The notes beneath the pieces were generated by a model. It did not search any database. It saw only the letters and a program-made list of their open reading frames with translations, and was not told the DNA's origin. From contig CBDFIJ010000004.1 in the NCBI GenBank assembly GCA_965248055.1, positions 1,952,001 through 2,016,000 on the forward strand: a DNA stretch of 64,000 bases, read 5' to 3'. Position 1 is the first letter of the stretch. Each line of letters opens with the position of its first letter. Origin of the DNA: Candidatus Multivoradales bacterium (GTDB taxonomy: Bacteria; Acidobacteriota; Thermoanaerobaculia; Multivoradales; JAHEKO01). Made by a program: the position numbers and the translations under genes. Below are positions 20,212 to 30,224 of the stretch, in pieces.

Positions 20212-20595
20212 TTATGCTACCGCGATCGCCTCGATCTCTAGGAGCCATTCAGGGTCGTAGATTTCAGCAATAACAACAGTCAGTGCGGGCTCTCGTGGGC
20301 CCAGAATCTCCCTGCGGATTTCACTGTTTTGTATGCGATACCGGCGGTCTGCCAGGAACGTTGTGTGCTTGGCAATATTGTCCAAGCTCAAGCCCACGGC
20401 CTCGAGTTGGTGTTCTAGGTTTGCCCAGGCCAACCGAGCTTGAGAAGGAAAATCGCCAGGTGTTTTCCCCTCTCTGTCCTTCGGAATCTGGCCGCTAATG
20501 AAAACAATTCGATCTAGGTCAGATACTTCGACGGCTTGCGAGTATCCGCCTGATGCGAGGGGAGCTATTGTAGAGTCGATACATGCAATTTTCAT
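20212..20595 (-). CDS. RidA/YjgF family protein
   Basis: YSQAV, FISGQIP, LLEIEAIA motifs. Confidence 0.9.
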   Translation of the reverse strand: MKIACIDSTIAPLASGGYSQAVEVSDLDRIVFISGQIPKDREGKTPGDFPSQARLAWANLEHQLEAVGLSLDNIAKHTTFLADRRYRIQNSEIRREILGPREPALTVVIAEIYDPEWLLEIEAIAVA

Positions 20596-20707
20596 GATAA
20601 GCGTTTCCAGTGAAAAATCCGCAACCCTGGGAATCGTTCCAAGCGCTGACTTGGTCAGCGCGACCGCCAGATCCCACCGCTTCGCCAGAGTGAAGCGACG
20701 CGAATGA

Positions 20708-21062
20708 TGGTGGAGGCGGTGGGAATTGAACCCACGTCCGAAGAACGCGTTCTGTGAGTTTCTACGTGCGTAGCCCTCTATTTGTATTCTCGTCCGATGG
20801 TGTTTAGGAGGAGGGCCTCCGGCACCGGGACCAGCCTTGTAAATGACCCGAGTTCAACTCAAGGCGCGTTGAACTCTTGGATCCGCAGGTGTGACACCCC
20901 TACCGACAACCGCGAATCAAAGCAAGCCGGCGGGGCGTCGCAGCTAGTTAAGCTGCGAGAGCCAAGTTATCGTTGGCAGTTGTGTTTTCCGTTTTTGCGA
21001 GCGGAACCTCGACACGCTACCCATAGACCGCACCTGTTCCCCGTCGAATCCGGTGCGCCCCC
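20708..21062 (-). ncRNA. ssrA: tmRNA
   Basis: 5' GGGGGCGCACCGGATTCGAC, 3' GGGTTCAATTCCCACCGCCTCCACCA; tag frame GCC AAC GAT AAC TTG GCT CTC GCA GCT TAA = ANDNLALAA*. Confidence 0.96.
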
Positions 21063-21192
21063 ATACTGAAAAAGAACCAGCGCTGCCTCCAAGCCTAGAT
21101 TGCAGCGTTCTCAGTTATAGACAACCCTGCCAAGCCAAAAAAGATTCCGCTCTTCAGCCGCGAAGGGTACGAAAAGCCAGCGAGCTAGCAAC

Positions 21193-21663
21193 TCAAACGG
21201 TTGGCTGATCGGCGAAATCCGTGAGTTGGTCCTCGACGTCTTGCCAAAATGACTCCAGTCCGCGGTAGCGAAGCCTTGACCCGACCAGCATCCAAGCCGA
21301 GACCGCGAGCACCAGTCCGATTGCCGCGAAAGGAAGCAGACCAGGAAAAAACGGCCAAAAGACACTGGCTAGCCCACCGCTTGCGCCGAGTAGCAGAATG
21401 ACCAAAGCTTGGCGGTGGAAGCGGTAATTGATCGAGACGAGGTTCCACTCTGCCTCCGAACCGTTCTCTGTAAGCTGTATCTGGAGTCGCGCATTGCCGA
21501 TGCGTAGCCCAGCGGAAATCGGGAGATGGACCTCCATCTGATGTTGGAGATCTTGCTCGGGACTGACTTCAGCGCCCCAATTATCTGCTACCTGTCGAAT
21601 TGCCCCTCGAATTGCCTCGGAATCGACAGTAGAGTGATGAAATGAACCAGATGACTGACTCAC
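21193..21663 (-). CDS. Hypothetical membrane protein (2 C-terminal TM helices)
   Basis: 156-aa ORF filling the gap between ssrA and dusB, hydrophobic hairpin. Confidence 0.6.
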   Translation of the reverse strand: MSQSSGSFHHSTVDSEAIRGAIRQVADNWGAEVSPEQDLQHQMEVHLPISAGLRIGNARLQIQLTENGSEAEWNLVSINYRFHRQALVILLLGASGGLASVFWPFFPGLLPFAAIGLVLAVSAWMLVGSRLRYRGLESFWQDVEDQLTDFADQPTV

Positions 21664-21777
21664 AAGTCCACTGCTGAGGTGTTTGAGGCGCTAAGAACAC
21701 AAGGAAAGCCCACCAGAGTAGTATTATCTGGTGAACGAACGGGTACCGTGATTGCGCTGTTTGCGCTTCGAGTGGAC

Positions 21778-22761
21778 TTACGCAGCTTCTTTTTCCAGTT
21801 TTTCGAAGAATTGGTGGACTTCGTCGAGAAATAGTTCTGCGTCAGGGATCTCGTTGATTCGTTGCCGCAGGCTGCGTCCGTTGGGAAGTCCGTGGGTGTA
21901 CCAACCGGTGAACTTGCGCAGCTTGTGTAGCGCGTGCCGATCAGATTCTCTCTCTACAACCCAGCGAAAGTGAGTCAAAATTAGGTCCCGCCGATCTCCA
22001 AGCGTCGGTTGAGCGACCTCTCCACCGGATGACCGCGCTTCGATCTGGCGAAAAATCCAGGGATTCTTGGTCGCGGCACGGCCGATCATCACCGCATCAC
22101 AGCCGGTTTGCTCAAACATCGCGACCGCATCATCAGCGTTGCGGATGTCCCCGTTGCCGGTTACCGGGATCGAGACAGCTTGCTTGAGTTGACGAATTGC
22201 ATCCCACCGCGCCTGCCCAGAAAACTTGGCCTTTGCCGTACGTCCATGTAATGCGACGCCGTTGACCCCTTCTTCTTGGCAGATCTTGCCCAACTCAAGA
22301 AAAGTGGGCCGAGAGTCATCCAAGCCAATGCGGAATTTGACGGTCAACGGAATTGAGATCGCCTTGCGTACCGAGCGAACGATCGAGGTCGCAAGCTCCA
22401 AGTCGCCCATCAAGGCAGCTCCGGCACAGCCCTTAAGTACCTTGTTGGCCGGGCATCCCATGTTGATGTCGCAAATGTCGGCGCCCATCGCCTCCACCAT
22501 GCGTGCTGCTTCGGTCATCGTGGCGGCGTCCGAACCATAGATCTGGATCGCTAGCGGTCGCTCTTCTTCTTCGTAGTGGGCCAACTTGAGAGTATGTGGG
22601 TGCTCCGAGACCAACGCCCTCGAACTCAAGAACTCCATGGTCACCAAACCGACACCACCGATGCGACGAATCAGGAGACGAAAGTCCCGATCCGTCACCC
22701 CAGCCATCGGAGCTAGGACCGTTGGGAGTGAAAACGTCAGGGCTTGGAGTCCATCATGCAC
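21778..22761 (-). CDS. dusB: tRNA-dihydrouridine synthase B
   Basis: LAPMAGVTD, DINMGCP, HGRT, NGDI, VMIGRA. Confidence 0.93.
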   Translation of the reverse strand: MHDGLQALTFSLPTVLAPMAGVTDRDFRLLIRRIGGVGLVTMEFLSSRALVSEHPHTLKLAHYEEEERPLAIQIYGSDAATMTEAARMVEAMGADICDINMGCPANKVLKGCAGAALMGDLELATSIVRSVRKAISIPLTVKFRIGLDDSRPTFLELGKICQEEGVNGVALHGRTAKAKFSGQARWDAIRQLKQAVSIPVTGNGDIRNADDAVAMFEQTGCDAVMIGRAATKNPWIFRQIEARSSGGEVAQPTLGDRRDLILTHFRWVVERESDRHALHKLRKFTGWYTHGLPNGRSLRQRINEIPDAELFLDEVHQFFEKLEKEAA

Positions 22762-22991
22762 CAGAGTATTCTAGTCAGAATTGGCTAGATCTGGATTGCA
22801 GGTACTGCATATCGCGAAAAGACGCTTTCGATGAAGAGGGAGCGTTTGGTGCATCTGCAGGCTGATTCGCTCCTTCGTGGGTGCGTTGAGCAAACAAGAT
22901 AGCGTGATTACGGGCTATCTGAACTGCGGAGATAGTATGGTTGTGACGGTAAATCAATGCGGTACACAAGAATCGATGCGAGGGGGAGGTA

Positions 22992-23708
22992 ATGGCGTGG
23001 TACCAGGAGTGGTTTGGCGAGGAGTACCTGGATCTTTATGCTCACCGCGATAGCGACGAAGCGGACCGCCACGTTGATTTCCTGGAAAGCCAATTCATAA
23101 CTAAGCCGCGTGCGATTCTCGACGTTGCCTGTGGGGCTGGACGGCATACTGCGGCCTTGCGCAAGAGAGGTCACCGAGCGCTGGGGTTGGACTTATCCAA
23201 GGTCCTCTTGGCTGAAGGAAAGGGCCTTCCCAGAGTCAACGGGGACATGGGTTGTCTCCCGTTCCCAGACCAGACGTTCGACTGGGTGGTCAATTTCTTT
23301 ACTTCCTTTGGCTACTTTGAGAGCGAGGAGGAGAATCGCCAGGTTCTGGTCGAGATGAGGCGCGTTCTCTCCTCAGACGGTCGGCTAATGATGGATCTAT
23401 TTAATCGAGACTATGTTTTGTCGCGGTTGGTGGCCAAAGAAAAGCGGGTTCTTCGCGGACAAGAAGTGGAGATTGAACGTTGGTATGACCCAGAGCAAGA
23501 ACGGATCAACAAGCGTATCCGTATTCATACATCGCCAGAGACCAGCAGGTCGTTCTTGGAGAGCGTGCGCGCTTACCGTGCCAGCGAGGTCATCGAATCC
23601 GCTCGCGAAGCTGGTCTCGAAACCCTGAGCACGATGGGTAACTTTGCTGGCGAGCCGTTTGGTCCAGAAAGCCCACGATTTATACTGATAGCGAAGCGAC
23701 ATGAGTAG
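22992..23708 (+). CDS. Class I SAM-dependent methyltransferase
   Basis: LDVACGAGRH, FTSFGYF; GGAGGT RBS. Confidence 0.9.
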   Translation: MAWYQEWFGEEYLDLYAHRDSDEADRHVDFLESQFITKPRAILDVACGAGRHTAALRKRGHRALGLDLSKVLLAEGKGLPRVNGDMGCLPFPDQTFDWVVNFFTSFGYFESEEENRQVLVEMRRVLSSDGRLMMDLFNRDYVLSRLVAKEKRVLRGQEVEIERWYDPEQERINKRIRIHTSPETSRSFLESVRAYRASEVIESAREAGLETLSTMGNFAGEPFGPESPRFILIAKRHE

Positions 23709-25437
23709 GCTGAAACTCCTTTTTCACAAAGTGGGCGTGCTGGAACCTTCTACCGTGACCAGAGAGAAGAGGACGCGGAGTTTGAGCGGCTTCCATCGCC
23801 GAAGACTAATGTTCTTGGTACTAGTAGGAGCTGGAGCTTTGCAAGCTCAGCAAAATCAAAGACCGAATCTCATCGATCGAAGCGCCCATGTCGACCTGAA
23901 CTTTGTCCATCAGAATGGCATGGTTGGAGAGCTCTATTTCCCCGAAATGACCGGGCAGGGCGGTGCCCTATTTGATTTCGACAATGACGGAGATCTCGAC
24001 CTGTATTTGGTACAAGGGGGCTCGTTCGGAGATAACAGTGACAACTCAGTGGGGGATTTGCTTCTACGAAACGATTTACACAGTGGCCTTGACGGTGCAC
24101 AGCCCCGCTTTGTTGATATCACCGCGAAGAGTGGAATTACCGCGACCGGGTATGGAATGGGAGTGGCCACCGGTGACTTCGATGGTGACGGCAATGTGGA
24201 CTTCTACGTCACCAACTTTGGGCCGAACCAGTTGTGGCGCAACCAAGGGGACGGCACCTTTGTAGAGATCGGAGTGAAGGTTGGCGTTGCGGGTGGTTCA
24301 TGGAGTACTAGCGCGACTTTCCTAGACTTTGACAACGACGGTCATCAGGATCTGTACCTGGCGAACTACGTTCATTGGGACCTCACGGACAATTCGAATT
24401 GCTATGCTCCGGACAGCCGTCGCGATTATTGTGGTCCGAGTGGGTTTACCCCAACCGCGGACAAACTCTACCGAAACCTTGGAAACGGGAAGTTTCAAGA
24501 TGTCACGTTCTCCGCGCTGTCTGGATATATTCCTGGCCCGGGGTTGGGCGTGCTGGCGGGAGATTTCAATAAGGACGGCGAAGAGGACATATTTGTCGCC
24601 AACGACGGCGAGCGCAACCAGCTGTGGATCGGTCAAGGAGACGGTACTTTTGTCGAGCGCGGCTTGATGCAGGGGGTTGCCGTCAATCTCGATGGCGAAG
24701 CAGAAGCGTCGATGGGGATAGCGGCGAGAGATTTTGACAATGATGGCGACGAGGATCTATTTGTCACCCACTTGATGGGTGAAACCAATACTTTGTACGT
24801 GAATCAAGGCGATGCGCTGTTTGAAGATCAGACTCGAGAGCGTGGCTTAGCCGAACCCAGTTTACCGTTCACCTCTTTCGGGGCTGGCTGGCTTGATCTC
24901 GAAAATGATGGCCAGTTAGATCTCTTTGTCGCCAGTGGTTCGGTCAAAGAGCTGCGCCAGCTTCGAGCCCAAGGGGACCCGTTTCCACTAGGGCAACCCA
25001 ACCAACTGTATTCTAATAACCGAGGTCGATTTTCCAATCGCTCCGCCCAAGAACCGGCACTGAAATCGTCGAATGTGAGCCGAGGAATGGCACTCGGCGA
25101 TGTCGACAACGACGGGGATACTGATGTTGCGGTGTTTAATAGCAATGGGCCGGCGCGGCTTCTAGACAACACCCATGGGCAAAAGGGTGTTTGGCTTGGC
25201 GTTTCAGGAACCAAACTCCTGGGAACCGACATAAGGTTGACCTCAAGCAATGAAACCGAAAGACAAGGGGCATGGGCGCGATCGCGCACCGCGGGAAGCT
25301 ACTGTTCAGCGAGTGACCCGCGGCTACGATTCGGACTCGGAGCGAGCCAAAGGAGTCAAACGCTTGAGGTTAAGACAAAGACGGAAACCCACCTTTGGGT
25401 TGGACTCCGCTCGTCCAAGTACTACGTAGTGAACTAG
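23701..25437 (+). CDS. CRTAC1/ASPIC-UnbV family FG-GAP repeat protein
   Basis: Multiple D(F/V)DNDGDxD repeats, C-terminal GSYCSASDPRLRFGLG. Confidence 0.88.
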   Translation: MSRLKLLFHKVGVLEPSTVTREKRTRSLSGFHRRRLMFLVLVGAGALQAQQNQRPNLIDRSAHVDLNFVHQNGMVGELYFPEMTGQGGALFDFDNDGDLDLYLVQGGSFGDNSDNSVGDLLLRNDLHSGLDGAQPRFVDITAKSGITATGYGMGVATGDFDGDGNVDFYVTNFGPNQLWRNQGDGTFVEIGVKVGVAGGSWSTSATFLDFDNDGHQDLYLANYVHWDLTDNSNCYAPDSRRDYCGPSGFTPTADKLYRNLGNGKFQDVTFSALSGYIPGPGLGVLAGDFNKDGEEDIFVANDGERNQLWIGQGDGTFVERGLMQGVAVNLDGEAEASMGIAARDFDNDGDEDLFVTHLMGETNTLYVNQGDALFEDQTRERGLAEPSLPFTSFGAGWLDLENDGQLDLFVASGSVKELRQLRAQGDPFPLGQPNQLYSNNRGRFSNRSAQEPALKSSNVSRGMALGDVDNDGDTDVAVFNSNGPARLLDNTHGQKGVWLGVSGTKLLGTDIRLTSSNETERQGAWARSRTAGSYCSASDPRLRFGLGASQRSQTLEVKTKTETHLWVGLRSSKYYVVN

Positions 25438-25451
25438 AGCTAGAAAGAAAG

Positions 25452-27029
25452 ATGTCAAGAAGAAACTTATTTCCAAGTCTCGCTTCCAAGCTTCTCGCAG
25501 TCGCGCTTTTGATAGCTGAAGTTGCGCTGGCAGCCGAGGGGTCGGCTGAGCGTTGGATACAACGATTGCCCAACCCAGATCTTGCAGGTTTGGAGTCAGC
25601 GGTTGCGCAACAGTTGCAAACGGTTAGACAAGACATCCTAACGGCCCACGAACGCCAGCCACTGAGCGCCGAAGAAGCTGGGGAAGCTCTTGGACTCTTG
25701 GGGCAGCATTATCACGCCTACGAAATGAACCTTTCTGCGCGAGAGTGCTATGAGTTGGCGCGCAGTGAGATGCCCGAAGATTTTCGTTGGCCGTACCTGT
25801 TGGCATATTTGGCACAAAGGGAAGGTCTACTCGAGAACGCTGCACAGCTCTACAAAGATGCGTTGTTGGTAGACCCCAAAGTTGCTCCGGCCTGGATGCG
25901 ACTTGGAGAGGTTGAGTTGGGTCGTGATGATCCCGGCGCTGCTGAGCGGGCGTTTCGTCGGTCAATACAGATGAACGATGTGGCCGCTGCAGGGCGAGCT
26001 GGTCTCGGGAAATCCCTCGCCGCACAAGGGCACTTCCGGGAGGCCGCGAAAGCATTTGAAGTTGCCCTCACTTTGGCTCCAGAAGCAAACCGTCTCTACT
26101 ACACGCTGGCGCAAACATACCGAGAGCTCGGAGAGAGCGAGAAATCGGAACAGGCTTTTTCACTGAGCGGAAGAATTGGTGTTCGACCGGATGATCCCTT
26201 GATCGATGGGTTGTCCAACCTCAAGACCGGAGAGCGCGCCTTCTTATTGTCTGGCCGAATGGCGTTTAATGCCGGTGATTACCCGGCAGCAGCGACGGCC
26301 TTTGAGCGCGCCACCCAGGCAGACCCTCAGAGTATCCGGGCCAAGATCAACTTGGCCGCTGCACTGGAACCCCTTGGAGAGACGGCCAGAGCCCGAGAAA
26401 TTTTGCAAGAAACGGTCGAACTGGCGCCAGGAAATGAAACCGCTTGGTTTAACTTGGGACAACTCTTGGTGAAAGAAGGGGAACTCGAAGGAGCTATAGA
26501 AGCCTTTCTCCAAGCCAACAGCTATGGCCCCAACGACCCTGAGATTGTCTTCGCACTAGCGGAGACCCTTTACGCCACCGGGGATCTAGAGCGGGCTCTC
26601 AAAGCATATCGGCGAATGCTGGAACTATCTCCCGCAACAACACAGGCTCATCTCGGGGTCGCTCAGACACTGATCGATATGGCTGATTACCCAGCCGCCT
26701 TAGGAGCACTAGTAAAGGGAACCAACGCTTTACCCACTAGCGGAAGCTTGACTCACGCGTTGGCTCGATTTTTGGCGGCAAATCCAGACCCTGACTTAAG
26801 AGACGGAGATCAGGCCACAATGCTCGCACTTGGTGTCTACCAAACCAGGCCAACTTGGCGTCATGGTGAGACGGTCGCCTTGGCCTTAGCGGAAACCGGG
26901 GAATGCGTAGAGGCCGCTAAATGGTTGACAGACCTTATGAAACGCCACGAAGTTCCCGCTGAAGAGGTCGACAACCTCTCCTCCCTACAGGAAAAGTACT
27001 CCCGAGGTGCCCCCTGTAACGGTTCATAG
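25452..27029 (+). CDS. Tetratricopeptide-repeat protein, probably exported
   Basis: N-terminal signal-like segment and many TPR helices; usual partner of CRTAC1-family genes. Confidence 0.85.
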   Translation: MSRRNLFPSLASKLLAVALLIAEVALAAEGSAERWIQRLPNPDLAGLESAVAQQLQTVRQDILTAHERQPLSAEEAGEALGLLGQHYHAYEMNLSARECYELARSEMPEDFRWPYLLAYLAQREGLLENAAQLYKDALLVDPKVAPAWMRLGEVELGRDDPGAAERAFRRSIQMNDVAAAGRAGLGKSLAAQGHFREAAKAFEVALTLAPEANRLYYTLAQTYRELGESEKSEQAFSLSGRIGVRPDDPLIDGLSNLKTGERAFLLSGRMAFNAGDYPAAATAFERATQADPQSIRAKINLAAALEPLGETARAREILQETVELAPGNETAWFNLGQLLVKEGELEGAIEAFLQANSYGPNDPEIVFALAETLYATGDLERALKAYRRMLELSPATTQAHLGVAQTLIDMADYPAALGALVKGTNALPTSGSLTHALARFLAANPDPDLRDGDQATMLALGVYQTRPTWRHGETVALALAETGECVEAAKWLTDLMKRHEVPAEEVDNLSSLQEKYSRGAPCNGS

Positions 27030-27120
27030 ACAACAGTTCTTTCTGGATGTTCGGCTTACTTGGGTACTTAGGCTTGGGTGTACGTCAGATTTGTGAGATG
27101 AGCGTTGGGTGTGGCGATTG

Positions 27121-27800
27121 CTAGGCGGATTTGCGCGCTGGGGATGAAGCGTTCCAGAAGAGGTCGAATCGTCGGCTGAGCTTGGCGCAGCGTAGTGCGA
27201 GGATGGCGTTGGCGCCGTCCAGGGTCCAGTGCATGTCTGCTCGTTTGAGTCGGTGAGCAACCACGACCTTGCATCCGGCTTCTACGACGCCAGTCGCTAT
27301 GCACAGGCCTATGGCTCGGAAATGTGCGTAGCGCATGCGGTGTCGATTGCGTTGGAAGTAGCCAACGGCTTTGCGAGCCTCATCACAGCTCTCTTGGTGC
27401 GCTCTTAGGGCCGTCAGAAGGGCCGTTGAGGTTGCCGGCGTCGAGTTCGTCGTAGCGCTGGTGTGTCCATGCCCGGCCCAGTTCACTGCCGGCACCATAG
27501 ATTGCTCGTGCCACCTTGCTCAAGTGCTCCTTGGCGTGGAAGAGGTCGACGGTCGCGGCACTGGATTTCGAGACTCTGGAAACCGGCGTGCGTCAGCGCG
27601 CCCTTGCCGTGACCGCCCGAGCGGTCGAACGCCGGCTCAATGCCGATCTCTCGGATCACTTGGGTGCGACGACGCCCTGCGCCTGTGGCAAGCCGGCTCG
27701 TTATGCGGGACGTCGCTCCAAACACTTCCAGACCGCCTCGGGGCCAATCAGCTCGTCGACTTCTGCTGTGACCTCGGCCTCGAGGATCGTCTGGAGCCCT
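27121..27800 (-). pseudogene. ISKra4-type transposase fragments
   Basis: VDLFHAKEHL (DxxH) and GLCIATGVVEAGCKVVVAHRLKRADMHW on the minus strand; LDFETLE...CACGKPARYAGRR segment on the plus strand. Confidence 0.82.
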
Positions 27801-28161
27801 TTTTTTTCTCCGCGTTTGCGCTTTCAAACTCGGGGTCGGTCAGCTCTGCATCGGCCCATTGCTCACAAGCCTGCCAATAAGCCTCCAGGTGCTGGCGAAA
27901 CTTTCGACCTACGGCGATCTGTTGGCTTACTCTTTCGGCCTGTTGCGCCGTTAGACGCCGCGATTGTGTCCGGCCCCCCACCGCGCGAGTGAGGCTGAAG
28001 TAGGGACCGTGGCGGGCTTCTTCACTGCTGGCGCACTTACAGTTTGACTTGCCACACTTGAGAAAGCGCTCTCCGAGCGAGCCTCGTCGCATCGGCTTGG
28101 GGTGGCTGAAGCTCTCGACCACCTTTCGGACTGTTTCGGGGATCATTTTGGGTTTCGCCAT
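27748..28161 (-). CDS. DUF6788-like IS accessory ORF (orfA)
   Basis: MRRGSLGERFLKCGKSNCKC...HGPYFSLT; GGAGG RBS; lies inside the IS ends. Confidence 0.8.
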   Translation of the reverse strand: MAKPKMIPETVRKVVESFSHPKPMRRGSLGERFLKCGKSNCKCASSEEARHGPYFSLTRAVGGRTQSRRLTAQQAERVSQQIAVGRKFRQHLEAYWQACEQWADAELTDPEFESANAEKKKGSRRSSRPRSQQKSTS

Positions 28162-28400
28162 GGCGTCCTCCTGTCGGCTATAATAGCCGACAGATAGATC
28201 CCCATGCAACCCAAGTCGCTTGAACATTCTCAGCTTCTCACACTGATGTCGTACACCCCTTAGGCTTCAGGCGCTGGACAAATTGCGCGAAGGGTGTATA
28301 GTCACTGTACTTTTCTGGAGGGACTCGATAGAACTGGGTTGGATGAGTTGGCGAGAGTATTGTCTCCTCGTTCAGCCAGAAACAAACGGAGGTTAGTGTC

Positions 28401-30062
28401 ATGGCTAGTCGAAACAAACTAATTATCATTACTGCAATCGCGTTGCTCGCAGTCGGAATGACTGGTGTAAGCGCAGCCCCTGGCGATTTGGCAGCGGCAA
28501 GCGTCAGCCCAAGTGCCGTAGCGTTCTCTGCCAATGGAGGAGCTAACAACTGGCAACTGTCTGTCTCCGGCCCTGGCGACATCTCTTTTAGCCTGCAGTC
28601 ACGGGGAAATCCTCCTGCGTTGCAGCTATCCCATCGTGGAGTCAATCTTCCGGACGGGAGCTACACCTATGAACTGCGTGGCTGGACACAAGGCGCCGCT
28701 CCACAGTCGGACTCGAAAGCCAATGGGCGTGGACTATTAGTTCAAGAAGGCAATGCAGTATCGCGTGGCGAGTCGGTCAGTGGCACCGTGACCATTCGCA
28801 GTGGCCGGTTCGTCGCCCCGACCGAAGAAGGCACTTCTGTGAGAGGTGAATCTTCGGTGAACAGTGGAACTTCAGAGAACATTGGCGAGGTCAACCCCAG
28901 CACCCAAGTCATCCTCATGGACTTGGTGGTTCAGGGCAGCGAGTGTGTAGGCTTCGACTGCTCCAGCAGCCCCTCGTTCGGCTTTGACACCCTGCGCCTC
29001 AAGGAAAACAACCTACGTGTCAAGTTCGACGATACGAGTACCAGCGCGAGCTTCCCCAACCGAGACTGGCAGATCACTATCAATGACTCGGCCAATGGCG
29101 GTGCCAACAAGTTCTCGATTGATGACATCACTGGCGGACGGACACCATTCACCATCGAGGCCAACGCTCCTTCCAATTCTCTCTTTGTTGACGATGGAGG
29201 TCGGCTCGGTCTTGGTACGGCGACCCCAGTGGTTGATGTCCACGTCGTCAGCGGCAACACACCGACCTTGCGCTTAGAGCAAGACGGCTCATCCGGCTTC
29301 GCCCCTCAAACCTGGGATGTCGCTGGCAACGAAGCGAACTTCTTTGTTCGCGACGCCACCAATGGTTCGCAACTTCCTTTCAAGATCAAGCCGGGTGCGG
29401 ATAGTGGGTCCTTGTTCATTGCGGCTGATAACGACATTGGCATAGGCACCGAAAGCCCTGGGACAGATACGGATTTGCACATTCGAAGAACGGACGCAGC
29501 CCCCACTAGGCTGCAGGTTGAAAACGCGAATGGAGCAGGCCAAACAACGGCGATACGTTTAACAAATGCAAGCAATGAGTGGGACCATCGCCTACTCGGA
29601 AATGGAAATTTCGCCATCACCAGCACCGCAGTGAGCGGTCAGCAATTGTTGATCAACGGGTCAACCGGTGAAGTAACGGTCGCCGGCGATTTTACCGTCA
29701 GTGGCACCAAGAACTTCGGTGTTTCCGATCCTGAGGACAAGAGCAAGTGGATCTACTTCTCCGCTCTTGAGGGCCCAGAGGCCGGAACTTACTACCGCGG
29801 AACAGCACGCACGGTTGACGGGAAAGCGGTGATCGAAATGCCTGACTACTTCAGCAAGATGACAGAGTCGGAGGGGTTGACGGTTCAGCTCACCCCGGTC
29901 GGCGGCTGGCACCAGTTGTACGTGGCTAGCAAATCGTCAGAAGAGCTAGTCATCCGTGATACCAGCGGAACCGAGCCGGTGGAATTCGACTTCATCGTTC
30001 AAGGGATTCGTACCGGCTACTCGGATTTTGCCGTGGAGCGTCCTGCTCCCGAAGATATGTAG
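28401..30062 (+). CDS. Secreted phage-tail-fibre-like protein with C-terminal GTKNF...LEGPE domain
   Basis: Sec signal peptide; G(L/I)GTxxP-LH-type fibre repeats; C-terminal GTKNF..DP..IYFSALEGPEAGTYYRG; GGAGG RBS. Confidence 0.75.
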   Translation: MASRNKLIIITAIALLAVGMTGVSAAPGDLAAASVSPSAVAFSANGGANNWQLSVSGPGDISFSLQSRGNPPALQLSHRGVNLPDGSYTYELRGWTQGAAPQSDSKANGRGLLVQEGNAVSRGESVSGTVTIRSGRFVAPTEEGTSVRGESSVNSGTSENIGEVNPSTQVILMDLVVQGSECVGFDCSSSPSFGFDTLRLKENNLRVKFDDTSTSASFPNRDWQITINDSANGGANKFSIDDITGGRTPFTIEANAPSNSLFVDDGGRLGLGTATPVVDVHVVSGNTPTLRLEQDGSSGFAPQTWDVAGNEANFFVRDATNGSQLPFKIKPGADSGSLFIAADNDIGIGTESPGTDTDLHIRRTDAAPTRLQVENANGAGQTTAIRLTNASNEWDHRLLGNGNFAITSTAVSGQQLLINGSTGEVTVAGDFTVSGTKNFGVSDPEDKSKWIYFSALEGPEAGTYYRGTARTVDGKAVIEMPDYFSKMTESEGLTVQLTPVGGWHQLYVASKSSEELVIRDTSGTEPVEFDFIVQGIRTGYSDFAVERPAPEDM

Positions 30063-30082
30063 TTACACGAATTAGCTATTTT

Positions 30083-30113
30083 GAAAGGCGGGCCTCCTTG
30101 GCCCGTCTTTTTT
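30083..30113 (+). terminator. Intrinsic terminator after the fibre gene
   Basis: AAAGGCGGGCC-loop-GGCCCGTCTTT followed by a T run. Confidence 0.78.
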
Positions 30114-30224
30114 GTCTCTAGCAGCCTGCTGAAAAACGGGCAACGGAGCTGAATTCAGTGGTCATAACGGTCGAAGTACTTTGAATGTGGAGACGAATCA
30201 AGGTGGCTGGCGAGTTGAGGGTGC

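Larger units (their letters stand above)
27076..28258 (-). mobile_element. ISKra4-family insertion sequence, internally deleted and partly inverted
   Basis: Imperfect 23-bp terminal IRs (GGGTGTACGTCAGATTTGTGAGA at 27076-27098; complement of GGGTGTACGACATCAGTGTGAGA at 28236-28258); 9-bp target duplication CTTAGGCTT at 27067-27075 and 28259-28267. Confidence 0.9.
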
